This document shows positions 31,468 through 32,000 of a DNA stretch of 32,000 bases, piece by piece. Position 1 is the first letter of the stretch, and each line of letters opens with the position of its first letter. Source of the DNA: Kineococcus radiotolerans SRS30216 = ATCC BAA-149 (GTDB lineage Bacteria; Actinomycetota; Actinomycetes; Actinomycetales; Kineococcaceae); contig NC_009664.2 of the NCBI RefSeq assembly GCF_000017305.1, forward strand, positions 4,170,001 through 4,202,000, written 5' to 3'. A model generated the notes under the pieces. It was given only the letters and a program-made list of their open reading frames with translations. It was not told where the DNA came from and did not search any database. The position numbers and the translations under genes were made by a program.

Positions 31468-32000
31468 ACCCACCTGCCGCGACACCACCCGGGAAACCCC
31501 GCAGCCCCCCGCCGCGGGCCCCGCCGGCGACGTCGTCGGGTACGTCGTGAAGATGTACCCGCGGTTCTCCGAGACGTTCGTCGTCCGCGAGATCGCCGCC
31601 CGCGAGGCGCAGGGCGAACACGTCGCCGTCGCGAGCCTGCGCGCACCGACCGATCCGCGGTTCCACGCGCTGCTGGCCGGGGTCCGCGCGCCGGTGACCT
31701 GGATCGGTGAGAACGCCGGCCGTTCCAGCGCGGCGCTGTGGTCGTCGTTGCGCCTCGTCCGCGAACTGCCCGGTTTCGCCTCCACGCTGGAGGAGCTGCT
31801 CGCCGACGACGTCGACGTCGCCGCGCAGGCCGTGGGCGTGGCGCTGTGGGCGCGCGACGCCGGCGTCGGTCACCTGCACGCGCACTTCGCCTCGCTGCCC
31901 GGCCGCACGACCCGGCTGGCGGCCCGGCTGCTCGGCGTCGGGTACACCGTGACCGCCCACGCCAAGGACATCTACGTCGACGGCCCCGACGACGCTGCGC
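31457..32000 (+). CDS. GT4-family glycosyltransferase (WcaL-like N-terminus), 3'-truncated by window
   Basis: Not in the ORF track because it runs off the end. Translating from GTG 31457 gives ...GYVVKMYPRFSETFVVREIAAREAQGEHVAVASLRAPTDPRFH...HLHAHFASLPGRTTRLAARLLGVGYTVTAHAKDIY with very high G/C3. It overlaps the upstream stop by 11 nt. Confidence 0.75.
   Translation, partial: MRAEPTCRDTTRETPQPPAAGPAGDVVGYVVKMYPRFSETFVVREIAAREAQGEHVAVASLRAPTDPRFHALLAGVRAPVTWIGENAGRSSAALWSSLRLVRELPGFASTLEELLADDVDVAAQAVGVALWARDAGVGHLHAHFASLPGRTTRLAARLLGVGYTVTAHAKDIYVDGPDDAA

Overview
High-G+C, actinobacterial-type chromosomal DNA. Real genes show near-saturated G/C at codon position 3, frequent GTG starts and 4-nt ATGA/GTGA stop-start overlaps. 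Most long ORFs in the six-frame track are Arg/Pro/Gly-rich antisense or off-frame artefacts. I support about 37 protein-coding genes or pseudogenes. I saw no rRNA, tRNA, CRISPR array, transposase or integrase. Layout: (1) 1-4.6 kb is an accessory-looking patch with weaker codon bias. It holds a DUF6508-like gene, an orphan SMI1/KNR4 (SUKH) immunity-type gene, two small membrane proteins, a 227-aa unknown and several frame-switching ORF remnants. Four same-orientation copies of a GGTCATCCCGC(G) motif split it into single-gene units; this is the most unusual structure in the window. (2) 4.6-18 kb is a housekeeping and regulatory mix: HAD hydrolase, YciI-like protein, lipoprotein, a frameshifted Imm-5-like immunity-type gene, LysR/DMT, RidA/HxlR, a PadR plus duplicated HAAS-like membrane protein operon, SDR/TetR, an APH-like kinase. 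(3) 18.7-23.1 kb carries a stress-type SDR and a translationally coupled type III PKS, methyltransferase and FAD-monooxygenase operon (srsABC-like phenolic-lipid cassette). (4) An MFS transporter and an HU protein with an unusually Thr-rich repeat tail. (5) An MmyB-like regulator coupled to an NTF2-like protein. (6) A three-gene operon of secreted Pro-rich/poly-Asp protein, sensor kinase and OmpR-type regulator, preceded by three CTCACG repeats at exact 11-bp phasing. (7) The start of a glycosyltransferase locus. All family calls rest on motifs I recognise in the translations; no database search or computation was possible, and start codons are often ambiguous.
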